Virus record (IMG/VR): IMGVR_UViG_3300017909_001805
Coordinates: 1 to 26,910 of that record
DNA from: a virus
Lineage: Duplodnaviria > Caudoviricetes
Strand: one strand, 5' to 3'
DNA length: 26,910 nucleotides
The translations under genes and the position numbers were made by a program. Positions 15,186 to 23,220 of this stretch are shown here, piece after piece (position 1 is the stretch's first letter; the number at the start of each line of letters is the position of its first letter). The notes under the pieces were generated by a model that was not told the DNA's origin, searched no databases, and saw only the letters and a program-made list of their open reading frames with translations.

Positions 15186-15293
15186 TTGTTGACCTAAACG
15201 CAGTTTAACTTAACATAACGCAAGTTGACAAGCCTAGCGATCTTTAAAAAAGGTAAGCAATTTGTTGACAAGCTAGAGCGGCTGATTCAGAGT
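15186..15293. promoter_or_regulatory. Divergent promoter region with repeated GTTGAC(AAGC)
   Basis: GTTGACAAGC at 15224 and 15264, GTTGAC at 15188; rightward TTGACA-17-CAGAGT; leftward TTGTCA-18-TAAACT. Confidence 0.6.
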
Positions 15294-15326
15294 TATAGGT
15301 TCCGCTCAACGAACAAGGGATAAGCA

Positions 15327-16520
15327 GTGACAGTCAGAGATGATGACTTCATCGCGTCCATGCAAGCCATGTACGCAGAAATGAATGAAACGTACAACCC
15401 TGCAGAAGAATACAAAAAGTTATTAGAAGAAAAGCCCCGACGATACGATAAGTATATAAACGAACCATTATCCAGCTTACAGAGACTACAGGCGGCGGCA
15501 ACCAACCACCGCATCGCAGAGCTTGAGGAGAGGCTCGCTAACGAACGCGAAGTCATATCAGGCATGATTACCACCGGAACCGTAACGCTCGTCTACGCGC
15601 CTTCGGGGGCCGGTAAGACGGTCTGGGTGCTGGGTAGCCTGTTTAAGTCCATCCGGAACAACCTCATCAAAGGCTCAGATGTCATCTACTTCAACGAAGA
15701 TGACGGAGCCAGGGGCGTGGTTCAAAAGGCAAAGATGGGCCAGAAGCACGGTATGTCGATGATTACCCTAGCCACAAGCGAAGACCCTGGCTTACGCACC
15801 ACTCAGGATGCCTTGGGGTTGTTGAACATGATACGCCTTGAAGGTCACGCAAACGGCAAGATAGTGATTTGTGACACCTTAAAGAAGTTTGCGCCAGTGC
15901 TGAACAAAGGCGATATGCGGGACATTCTTCATGTCTTCAGACAGTTCGCCGCAGCAGGTGGCACGATTATCCTTCTGGGCCACTGCAACAAGCATCGGTC
16001 GCTAGACGGTCGCTTGATCTATGAAGGCGTAGGCGATCTTAAAGCTGACGTAGACAATATGTTTGGCCTTGACCCCCTCAATGACAAGTTCGCTGACTAT
16101 CAAGAGTTACTGGTCATCAACGAGAAGGATCGGAGCCAGATTTCATTTTCTGGCGGGTTCCGATATAAGCAAACAAAAGAAACCGTTGGCTACGAGGAAT
16201 CTGTGGATTCCGTTGAGTTCCTTGATGAAGATGACATAAGCGAGCTGAAGAAGAAGCAGGCGGCGCAGATCAATGTCGGCAAGGCTTTCGCCAAATATGA
16301 AGACGAAGTGCTGTTTTTAGAGTCCGTAATGAAGGGCGGCGCTGAATACAGCCTGACAGAGTTATTCCGGATGCTGAATGATGAACACCTGAACCCCAAC
16401 GAATGCTCCAAGAAGTCGCTGCGTAACTGCATGGATTTACTAAGAGGCAATATGCTCAAACTCAGACGCAACCCCGGCAATAATGCCAAAAATTACCGCT
16501 GGATAGGTGAAAATTGGTGA
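15327..16520 (+). CDS. RepA/AAA_25-type helicase with possible C-terminal winged helix
   Basis: Walker A APSGAGKT, YFNED, Walker B VICD, LGHCNK motif. The start codon is uncertain (GTG 15327 or ATG 15360). Confidence 0.8.
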   Translation: MTVRDDDFIASMQAMYAEMNETYNPAEEYKKLLEEKPRRYDKYINEPLSSLQRLQAAATNHRIAELEERLANEREVISGMITTGTVTLVYAPSGAGKTVWVLGSLFKSIRNNLIKGSDVIYFNEDDGARGVVQKAKMGQKHGMSMITLATSEDPGLRTTQDALGLLNMIRLEGHANGKIVICDTLKKFAPVLNKGDMRDILHVFRQFAAAGGTIILLGHCNKHRSLDGRLIYEGVGDLKADVDNMFGLDPLNDKFADYQELLVINEKDRSQISFSGGFRYKQTKETVGYEESVDSVEFLDEDDISELKKKQAAQINVGKAFAKYEDEVLFLESVMKGGAEYSLTELFRMLNDEHLNPNECSKKSLRNCMDLLRGNMLKLRRNPGNNAKNYRWIGENW

Positions 16521-16523
16521 TAA

Positions 16524-16648
16524 AAAAATGTGAGCAAAATCAAGAATTTGCCCCAAATGCCCGTTTTGCCCGTGTTTTAGGGGGCGGCCCCCAAAAAGTG
16601 GGGCAAAAGGGGCAAAAGGGGCATATTGTTGTTTTCATTGACATTTTT
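16524..16648. repeat. 125-bp dyad with 3+3 inverted 9-bp-period repeats; putative replication origin
   Basis: TGCCC x3 and GGGCA x3 around GGGGGCGGCCCCC, all symmetric about base 16586, with AAAAATGT/ACATTTTT ends. Confidence 0.75.
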
Positions 16649-16665
16649 ATTTGGGCTGAAAATCC

Positions 16666-17499
16666 ATGAAAGTGTTGGATTTGTTTAGTGGGATTGGCGG
16701 CTTTGCCCTTGGTTTAGAAGCCGCCGGATTTGAAACCGCAGCCTTTTGCGAGATTGACCCTTACGCGCAGAAGGTATTGAAAAAGAACTGGCCAGGAGTA
16801 CCGATCTATGACGATGTCAGACGAATCACAGCAGACAGACTTGTTTCAGACGGAGTTGGAGTTGATGTCATCACGGGAGGATTCCCCTGTCAGGACATCT
16901 CAACCGCTGGTAGACAGGCAGGCATTGATGGCGAGCGCAGTGGGTTGTGGTCAGAGTGCGCCCGTTTGCTTGGGGACATTCGACCCAGATATGCCATCTT
17001 TGAAAACGTCACAAACTTGCTTACTGGAGACGGGGGAGATTGGTTTAAGCGAGTTTTATGGGACATTTCCTCGGTCGGGTACGATGCAGAGTGGCACTGT
17101 ATACCAGCTTCCGCGATTGGCGCCCACCATCACAGAGATAGGATCTGGATTGTGGCCTACCCCAACAGCGACAGCCAATCAGGGGTCGCCCTCAATGCAG
17201 GAGAGATACACCCGCCCTCACTTTTGGCCTACCCCCGCGAGTGCGAATGGCAGTCAGGGGCCGAAAAGCAAAGAGTTTTACGAACATTGCAGGAAAACGG
17301 GGCAATCACAGATAACTCTGGTGGACGAGGCGAGGCATCATTCGCAAGGCAGTGGGCAGCTGAACCCAACGTGGGTCGAGTGGCTAATGGGGTTCCCGCT
17401 AGGTCACACCGACTTAGATGTTTAGGCAACGCGGTCGTGCCACAGATACCAGAACTGATTGGTAGGCAGATCATGGAGGCTGAGCGTGGACGGCCATAG
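16666..17499 (+). CDS. C5-cytosine DNA methyltransferase (motifs I-VIII and X)
   Basis: FSGIGG, GFPCQD, ENV, HHRDRIW, LGNAVVP. Confidence 0.92.
   Translation: MKVLDLFSGIGGFALGLEAAGFETAAFCEIDPYAQKVLKKNWPGVPIYDDVRRITADRLVSDGVGVDVITGGFPCQDISTAGRQAGIDGERSGLWSECARLLGDIRPRYAIFENVTNLLTGDGGDWFKRVLWDISSVGYDAEWHCIPASAIGAHHHRDRIWIVAYPNSDSQSGVALNAGEIHPPSLLAYPRECEWQSGAEKQRVLRTLQENGAITDNSGGRGEASFARQWAAEPNVGRVANGVPARSHRLRCLGNAVVPQIPELIGRQIMEAERGRP
16808..17425 (+). CDS. Overprinted +1-frame ORF, putative methyltransferase second subunit carrying motif IX
   Basis: 205 codons entirely within the MTase gene; AGGAG at 16794-16798; WPTP repeats and LNPTWVEWLMGFP. Confidence 0.7.
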   Translation: MTMSDESQQTDLFQTELELMSSREDSPVRTSQPLVDRQALMASAVGCGQSAPVCLGTFDPDMPSLKTSQTCLLETGEIGLSEFYGTFPRSGTMQSGTVYQLPRLAPTITEIGSGLWPTPTATANQGSPSMQERYTRPHFWPTPASANGSQGPKSKEFYEHCRKTGQSQITLVDEARHHSQGSGQLNPTWVEWLMGFPLGHTDLDV

Positions 17500-17902
17500 A
17501 TGGATTGTAGATAGCCAGGAAAAGCTGGAGTTCTTCATAGACTTTGTTAAAGGTCAGCTTGGTCAGGGCAATTACCTTCTGTACTCAATCAAGCCAGCAG
17601 GCAGGACTGAGCGGCAGAACAATGCCATGCATCTATGGTTCAGGCAGATGGCGGAGCAACTGAACGATGCCGGGTACTCCAACGCACATCCCTTTAACGA
17701 TCAGGTTGAGATACCGTTTACTGAGGGGCTGGTCAAGGAAATGCTCTACAAGCCCATAATTAAGGCCATGTACCAAAAAACGTCTACCACCAAGCTAACC
17801 GGCAGGGAACTGAGCGAAGCCGCTGAGGTGCTTGTACGGTGGCTCTCAGAGAAGAAGGGGATATATGTCCCGTTTCCGCAAACATTGAAGGATGAATTGT
17901 GA
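17486..17902 (+). CDS. ninB: NinB-like recombination protein
   Basis: RTERQNNAMHLW...STTKLT pattern; start moved to GTG 17486 behind GGAGG. Confidence 0.7.
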   Translation: MDGHRWIVDSQEKLEFFIDFVKGQLGQGNYLLYSIKPAGRTERQNNAMHLWFRQMAEQLNDAGYSNAHPFNDQVEIPFTEGLVKEMLYKPIIKAMYQKTSTTKLTGRELSEAAEVLVRWLSEKKGIYVPFPQTLKDEL

Positions 17903-18366
17903 TTGACAACGAAGACAAAAGCTCTTGGTGTCAAGCCGGAGAGCTTGCAGAAAAAGACTTTGTCGCAACGAACAAAATTGCTGGGTGGGGTCTGGCGGTA
18001 AACCCGCAAAAACAACTAGACCCGTATTGCCACGACTTATTAGGGATCATTCCTGTTGATTTGAAAAGCATCAGGGAGCCGTGGAGAAAGTCGCTGGAGA
18101 TGTTTGGCATACCGACAGAGTACGCGGTGTCTATAAACCTTAAAGACTTCAAAAGATATGCGAGTCTTTACCCCAACATCATCATCGTTCTTGATGTTGA
18201 GTGGTCTGGCGTTTACATGATTACAGTTCAGAGGGCTAAGGCGCTTATCACCAGCGGCAAGGCCGTAAGGCATGAATACAAAAACAGGAAGGAAGACGAG
18301 AGCGGCAACGCTAAGTTGAGCTTTGTTTTTGATTTGAGAGATTTAGACAAACTTGAGCAGTATTGA
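17899..18366 (+). CDS. Hypothetical protein, possible PD-(D/E)XK-type nuclease
   Basis: GELAE...HD...VDLK spacing; GTGA overlap with the upstream gene. Confidence 0.55.
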   Translation: MIDNEDKSSWCQAGELAEKDFVATNKIAGWGLAVNPQKQLDPYCHDLLGIIPVDLKSIREPWRKSLEMFGIPTEYAVSINLKDFKRYASLYPNIIIVLDVEWSGVYMITVQRAKALITSGKAVRHEYKNRKEDESGNAKLSFVFDLRDLDKLEQY

Positions 18367-18385
18367 TTAAGAAGGGTAGGAACAA

Positions 18386-18550
18386 ATGAAGAATGACGCA
18401 CAACTGGCCTTAGAAGCCGCAGAGTCTATGGCAAAGCGATTAGAGGAAGACGTAGCCATAATGATGGACTTCAGCACCAAGCCACTGAAAGACGTTGAAG
18501 AGCCACCCCTTGAGATAATCCGCTATGTGGGGCAAAGACAATGCGACTGA
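18386..18550 (+). CDS. 54-aa hypothetical protein MKNDAQLALEAAESMAKRLEEDVAIMMD...
   Basis: Translated by hand; AGGA RBS; overlaps the ninG start. Confidence 0.6.
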   Translation: MKNDAQLALEAAESMAKRLEEDVAIMMDFSTKPLKDVEEPPLEIIRYVGQRQCD

Positions 18551-18966
18551 AGCGTACACCAGCAGACCATTGGTTTAGCCGATGCGTCAGGATCAGAAAT
18601 GACTTTACCTGCCAGGGCTGTGGCAAAAAGTACGAAGAAAACAGCATGGGCCTGCACTGTAGCCATTACTTTGGCCGGGCCAAGAAGGGTGTCAGATACG
18701 ATGGTATGAACGCCTTTGCCCATTGTTATGGCTGTCATCAGAGGTTCGGCAGCAACCCTGATTACTTCTACCGTCATTACATCGAGACTTATGGTGAAGG
18801 GGCCTTAGAGATACTGAGGGAGAAGGTCGAGGACATCATGCTGGGCAAGAGGATGGTGAAAGAAGCCAAGCAAATCGCCAAGCATTACAAGGCAGAAGCC
18901 GCCCGTATGGAGAATGACAGGGCGGCGGGTGTAGCAGGGTGGTTAGAGTTCGTTAGTTGGGATTAA
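18541..18966 (+). CDS. ninG: NinG/Rap-like HNH-family endonuclease
   Basis: DxWFSxxVRxR, CQGCG, HCSHY, RYDxxN, CYGCH. Confidence 0.8.
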   Translation: MRLKRTPADHWFSRCVRIRNDFTCQGCGKKYEENSMGLHCSHYFGRAKKGVRYDGMNAFAHCYGCHQRFGSNPDYFYRHYIETYGEGALEILREKVEDIMLGKRMVKEAKQIAKHYKAEAARMENDRAAGVAGWLEFVSWD

Positions 18967-18972
18967 CTCTCG

Positions 18973-20745
18973 CTACAAGGCAAGAATACTTGTGGTCGGC
19001 ACGTTTTCTCGCCTCTCTTCAGAAGCCTCTGTTTCTGTTGGCCTGCGTTCGGCTTCTTCCATATACCCCTTGTAAAGCTCAATTACCGCCGCTCTATCTA
19101 AGCGAAGTTGCTTCACCATTTCTGGGTCAGAGGCTTTCTTTATGGCCTTGTTGATCGTTTCAACTGTCAACCTCATTTCTTTGTTGTAGTAAGCCTTTGA
19201 AAATCCATATTTAGCGGCTTTTAGGCCAAATATAGTCGCAAGTCCACCGCCGATAAACGGCAATAGCTTTGTGTTTGCAGCGGCATTGACTGTCGCCATT
19301 TGCGCTAACGGGGTCGTGGGCAGAGTCATGTCAAGCGCGGCAACATTTTGCCTCACTCTAGCCATTATGGTGCTTCCCTCTGGGTACTTTGCATTAATTA
19401 CATCAAGCGCCGATAGCAAATCGGACTGCTCACGCAGCAGCTTTTTGGCGTTGGTTTTAACCGCGCTTTCACTGATTACCTCAAATGCCTCAACATCAAG
19501 CGTTTGATTCATAACTCGCCTGATGATGTCGTATGACGCCTTTCTAGCATTAGCTTTTGCGCTACCTTCTCTGATTTTTAAATCGTCAGAACCAAACTTG
19601 TCTTTTCTCCAGCTATCAAGATCTCTTCGTGCCTTTAATATGTCAACGGCGCTGTTGCCCCTACCTTGCAGGGTTGACCGAAGCTGATTAAGCGCGCGTT
19701 GCATTTGTTTGCTCATGTCGCCTAGGCCGGGGTTTGCTTTGGCGTATGCTTCAAGCCCTGCCCGCGCGGACTCAATAAGTGAAGAGTGGGAAATCTGAGT
19801 GTCCTGCGCCTGCAATATCTTGATGAGCCTCTCTTCTAAGGTCGAGACGGCTTGGCTTATATCCTCGGCATTTAAACGATCAGTCCTAGTTGGATCAACT
19901 CTGGTGTGTTTTGCTACGGTTTGTATCTGCCGAATCTCAGATGGAGTCAATACTGTTTGTTGCGTCCTTCCAACTCCTTGCGGGGCCGTGGTCTGCCGGT
20001 TGATTTGCTCTGAAGTTTTCGGTGGGGCAATAACCTGCCAAATCCCTCTTTGGCGCTTAGAAAGACGATTCAGTTGCCTTGTTGTAGGGTCAAATGAAAC
20101 AGGGTTTGGTCGCTCATCTCCGGTTTTTGTTATGGGCTTGGCGCTAGAACCTCTTCTAAACCACGGCCCTATATTGAAAAAGCTCTCAATAAGCAAAGCA
20201 AAATCAGGATTGCCGTCTTTAAATTCAAACCAAGCCTCTTCGCCTTTCATTAAGGCTTCTTGAGCATTTTGTCCTAGCTTAGTTTCTGTAAACGCCCTCA
20301 TCCCGTTTCTTACAATCTCCTTCGTTCCTTCCTCCATATCGTCAGGGATGATGTAGCTCCACCCGTCAGCGGACATATTGAAAATCTCGCCAGCAGCATC
20401 CCAGCCAAAGCCTGCAGCCGTACCAGCAAGCCCAAAAGCCTGCTCAGATGGTGATAGTCCTTGAGAAAACGGGCCAGATTGCATAGCAATGTCGGCTGCT
20501 TGCTGAAGACGCTGTTGCGCTGATTCGCCAAGCCTAGACCTAGCCTTTTCAAGCGGCGTTCTCGAGTCAACCATAATTGGTCTAGGTGGCGGCTCGCTGG
20601 GCGCTTGCTCAATTATGTCTTCGTAAGCGTCAAACTCTTCTTTGGACACTTCAATGACGCTTGGCTTTTTTGATCCGGTCGCCACACTGACTCCCTCAAC
20701 AGAGTCAAATTCTTCTTTATCAATTTCCCGAACTGTGTATGACAT
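18973..20745 (-). CDS. Putative internal virion/ejection protein
   Basis: 590 aa, helical, last gene of the tail module; assigned by synteny. Confidence 0.6.
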   Translation of the reverse strand: MSYTVREIDKEEFDSVEGVSVATGSKKPSVIEVSKEEFDAYEDIIEQAPSEPPPRPIMVDSRTPLEKARSRLGESAQQRLQQAADIAMQSGPFSQGLSPSEQAFGLAGTAAGFGWDAAGEIFNMSADGWSYIIPDDMEEGTKEIVRNGMRAFTETKLGQNAQEALMKGEEAWFEFKDGNPDFALLIESFFNIGPWFRRGSSAKPITKTGDERPNPVSFDPTTRQLNRLSKRQRGIWQVIAPPKTSEQINRQTTAPQGVGRTQQTVLTPSEIRQIQTVAKHTRVDPTRTDRLNAEDISQAVSTLEERLIKILQAQDTQISHSSLIESARAGLEAYAKANPGLGDMSKQMQRALNQLRSTLQGRGNSAVDILKARRDLDSWRKDKFGSDDLKIREGSAKANARKASYDIIRRVMNQTLDVEAFEVISESAVKTNAKKLLREQSDLLSALDVINAKYPEGSTIMARVRQNVAALDMTLPTTPLAQMATVNAAANTKLLPFIGGGLATIFGLKAAKYGFSKAYYNKEMRLTVETINKAIKKASDPEMVKQLRLDRAAVIELYKGYMEEAERRPTETEASEERRENVPTTSILAL

Positions 20746-20761
20746 AGCCTGCCAACGCTCC

Positions 20762-21985
20762 TTAATTTTGCGGTGTTATAATCACATACCGCTCTTTTTC
20801 TTGCCCCGGCCCTTTGGGGACTTTAATTTTAAAAGCGTTATTTCCTGTTTTTTCAACGGAGCCGCCAATTTGCTCCCAATAGTTTGCAAACTGCTTATTG
20901 TCCCACTGAACAAAGCCGCCCCACTCTGTTATATCTGAGTCTGCCCCAAACCTAGCCTTCGCCTGTATTGAGGAATAAAGACCCATAATCAGCTTCAGGT
21001 TTTCGCGTAATGTTTCTGGGGTTTGCCCGGTATCCAATGACGCTAACGTGCTTTGCAACAGAATGTTTTCGATGTTTGAAACCTGTCCTAGCGTTCCACC
21101 AAGACCTTTAATGTCAAGAAGTTGGTCAAAGCCCACGTTTGATTTGATCGTGGTTAGGTAACCAAGCAAATCTCTAGCCGCCGTCCCCGGAACAGCTTCC
21201 AAAATAGAGGCAAATCCACCAACAATTGGCTGCCCGTCCACAAAAGGCGCTAGTGCTTTAAAAATCTCATCAACCCCTTCTGCTCGGCTGTCCAAAAGCT
21301 GAATAGCTTTATCAGCGCTGTTAATTACCGATGTCGCTTTTACAATGACGCCCTCTGTTGCCCTAATTCGCTTTAGCTCCTTATCGGCAGCGTCTTCAGT
21401 GTCGTATGGCTGCGGGTCAGGAACGCCATCCCTGAAGACATAAAACTTGCCGTTCATTTCCCGTATATCTATTTTCGGGGCTTTTGTCGGCTCCGGTTTA
21501 AACGGCACTCGCGCTACTTCTGTAAGCGCGCCTTCGTCGGTTTTCTCAAAGAATCTAGTGCCGGGAGTCCCCGTAAGAATCTCACGCGCTTTTGGGGTTG
21601 TTAAGTACGTTCGCAAGTCTTCAGCACTCATTCCTTTAAGGCCAGCTATTACGCCTTCGCCCGCGCCATCACGCCTTGCTTTCGCTATAGCTGCCGTTTC
21701 GAGGTTTGCTCGGCCTTTTTCTAGCTGTGCCGCTTGCTCTTCCGCAGACAGCCTTGCCGCGATCTGGGAGGCAAGCTCGCGTTCCCCAATTTGCAACGCG
21801 CTAGAAACAGATTGTCGCAACTGCTCTGGCGTAGCCATTGGGTCTAATGCAGGGCCAAGCAGGTCAGTCAGCATACCTCGCTGCCGCCTTCTGGCAGATA
21901 AAGAGCCAATATCCTGGCCCAGCTGTTCGATGTTGCCAAAGTCAGGACTAGCAAGCCGTGCTGCTGAACTAAGTCGTAAAGCCAT
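20762..21985 (-). CDS. Putative DNA transfer/ejection protein
   Basis: IKSNVGFDQL...GGTLGQVSNIE pattern; TAATG coupling; synteny. Confidence 0.65.
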   Translation of the reverse strand: MALRLSSAARLASPDFGNIEQLGQDIGSLSARRRQRGMLTDLLGPALDPMATPEQLRQSVSSALQIGERELASQIAARLSAEEQAAQLEKGRANLETAAIAKARRDGAGEGVIAGLKGMSAEDLRTYLTTPKAREILTGTPGTRFFEKTDEGALTEVARVPFKPEPTKAPKIDIREMNGKFYVFRDGVPDPQPYDTEDAADKELKRIRATEGVIVKATSVINSADKAIQLLDSRAEGVDEIFKALAPFVDGQPIVGGFASILEAVPGTAARDLLGYLTTIKSNVGFDQLLDIKGLGGTLGQVSNIENILLQSTLASLDTGQTPETLRENLKLIMGLYSSIQAKARFGADSDITEWGGFVQWDNKQFANYWEQIGGSVEKTGNNAFKIKVPKGPGQEKERYVIITPQN

Positions 21986-23220
21986 TAGTCATCCCCACCA
22001 AAAATTAAATCTATTAAATCAGGCCCATATTCCTCAACGGCCCCGCCAATAATGTTGCCTATGTCGCCCTGACCGCCACCAGCGCCACCCATAGCGCCTG
22101 AAAGCAATCCAGTGCCAAGCCTACCCATCAGTTCTGCCTGACCGATACCGGCCCCCAGAAGGGCGTCTAGACCGGCTATAGAGGCTTCGCCAAATAGCCC
22201 AGTGCCATATAGCTGACCACGTTGCGCCAACTGAGAAGCCAGCAGGCCACGCTGTAGGGCATTCTGAGCCTGAGCCTCTGGCAGATACGCCGCACCCAAC
22301 AGCTGAGTGCCAAGTCGCGCTTGTTGTGCCTGTTCTGCTTGAGCTTGCTGGATAGCCGCCAGTGAGGCCCTAGCCTGCGCCTCTTCCTGAGCCTTAGCCA
22401 GTGCTAGTTGCTCTGGCGTGCCGCCAAACATAGCTGTCTGGACGCCCAACCGGCCTTGACTAGCTAGCCTTTCTTCAAGGGCTAAACGCTGACGCTCTTC
22501 TTCTGCCAACTGAGTAGCTCTGATACGATCGAATATCTCTTGCTCTCGGGCCGCTTGATCGCCTGCTACGCCACCCAACAAGGTTTGCGCGCCTGTAAAG
22601 GCCCCCTGAGATATAGCCTGCTCTGTCGGGCTGTAAGTAGTCTGGATATTTGGCCCTATCATTGGCCCTGCGCCGGTAAATGCGCCACCCGTAGCACCAC
22701 CAGCCGCGCCTGTGCCGGTCAACCCAGCATTTCTAGCAGCCGCAAACTCTTGATTGGTAACTACACCGTCATTATTTATGTCAAACCCACGCATTTGCGA
22801 GGCTTGTTGGTTAGCCATAGCCTGCTCACGGGTCAACCCTTGAGTATCCATAAGCTGTTGGATTCTGGCTTCTTGGCCCATCTGGTCAAAAGATCCCGGT
22901 GCTGGAATGCCTACACCAACACTAGAACCTGTCCCCGTAGTAACGGTAAATGGCTTGAACTGCGACCGCGCAAAGGCTTCTTCAGCAATCTGGCCTGCGC
23001 CTACGAGGCCACGCTCGCCAATAGCACCCAGACGATCATAAGCCCCCGTCAACGCCCCAAGGCCACCGGCAGTAGACGCTATAGGGCCAAGATTGGGAAT
23101 AATGTAATCGCCAAACAAACCCCCGAGGAAGTTTAAAAAACCGCCTTCTTCTGTGGCTTGGGGTTGTTGTTGAGCAACCGTTGTCTCTGCCACGCTCGGA
23201 TCAGACATTCCAAAACTCAT
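21985..23220 (-). CDS. Putative DNA pilot/ejection protein (Gly/Ala/Gln-rich)
   Basis: Gly-rich amphipathic ends with a Gln/Ala coiled coil; follows the tail tubular genes. Confidence 0.65.
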   Translation of the reverse strand: MSFGMSDPSVAETTVAQQQPQATEEGGFLNFLGGLFGDYIIPNLGPIASTAGGLGALTGAYDRLGAIGERGLVGAGQIAEEAFARSQFKPFTVTTGTGSSVGVGIPAPGSFDQMGQEARIQQLMDTQGLTREQAMANQQASQMRGFDINNDGVVTNQEFAAARNAGLTGTGAAGGATGGAFTGAGPMIGPNIQTTYSPTEQAISQGAFTGAQTLLGGVAGDQAAREQEIFDRIRATQLAEEERQRLALEERLASQGRLGVQTAMFGGTPEQLALAKAQEEAQARASLAAIQQAQAEQAQQARLGTQLLGAAYLPEAQAQNALQRGLLASQLAQRGQLYGTGLFGEASIAGLDALLGAGIGQAELMGRLGTGLLSGAMGGAGGGQGDIGNIIGGAVEEYGPDLIDLIFGGDD

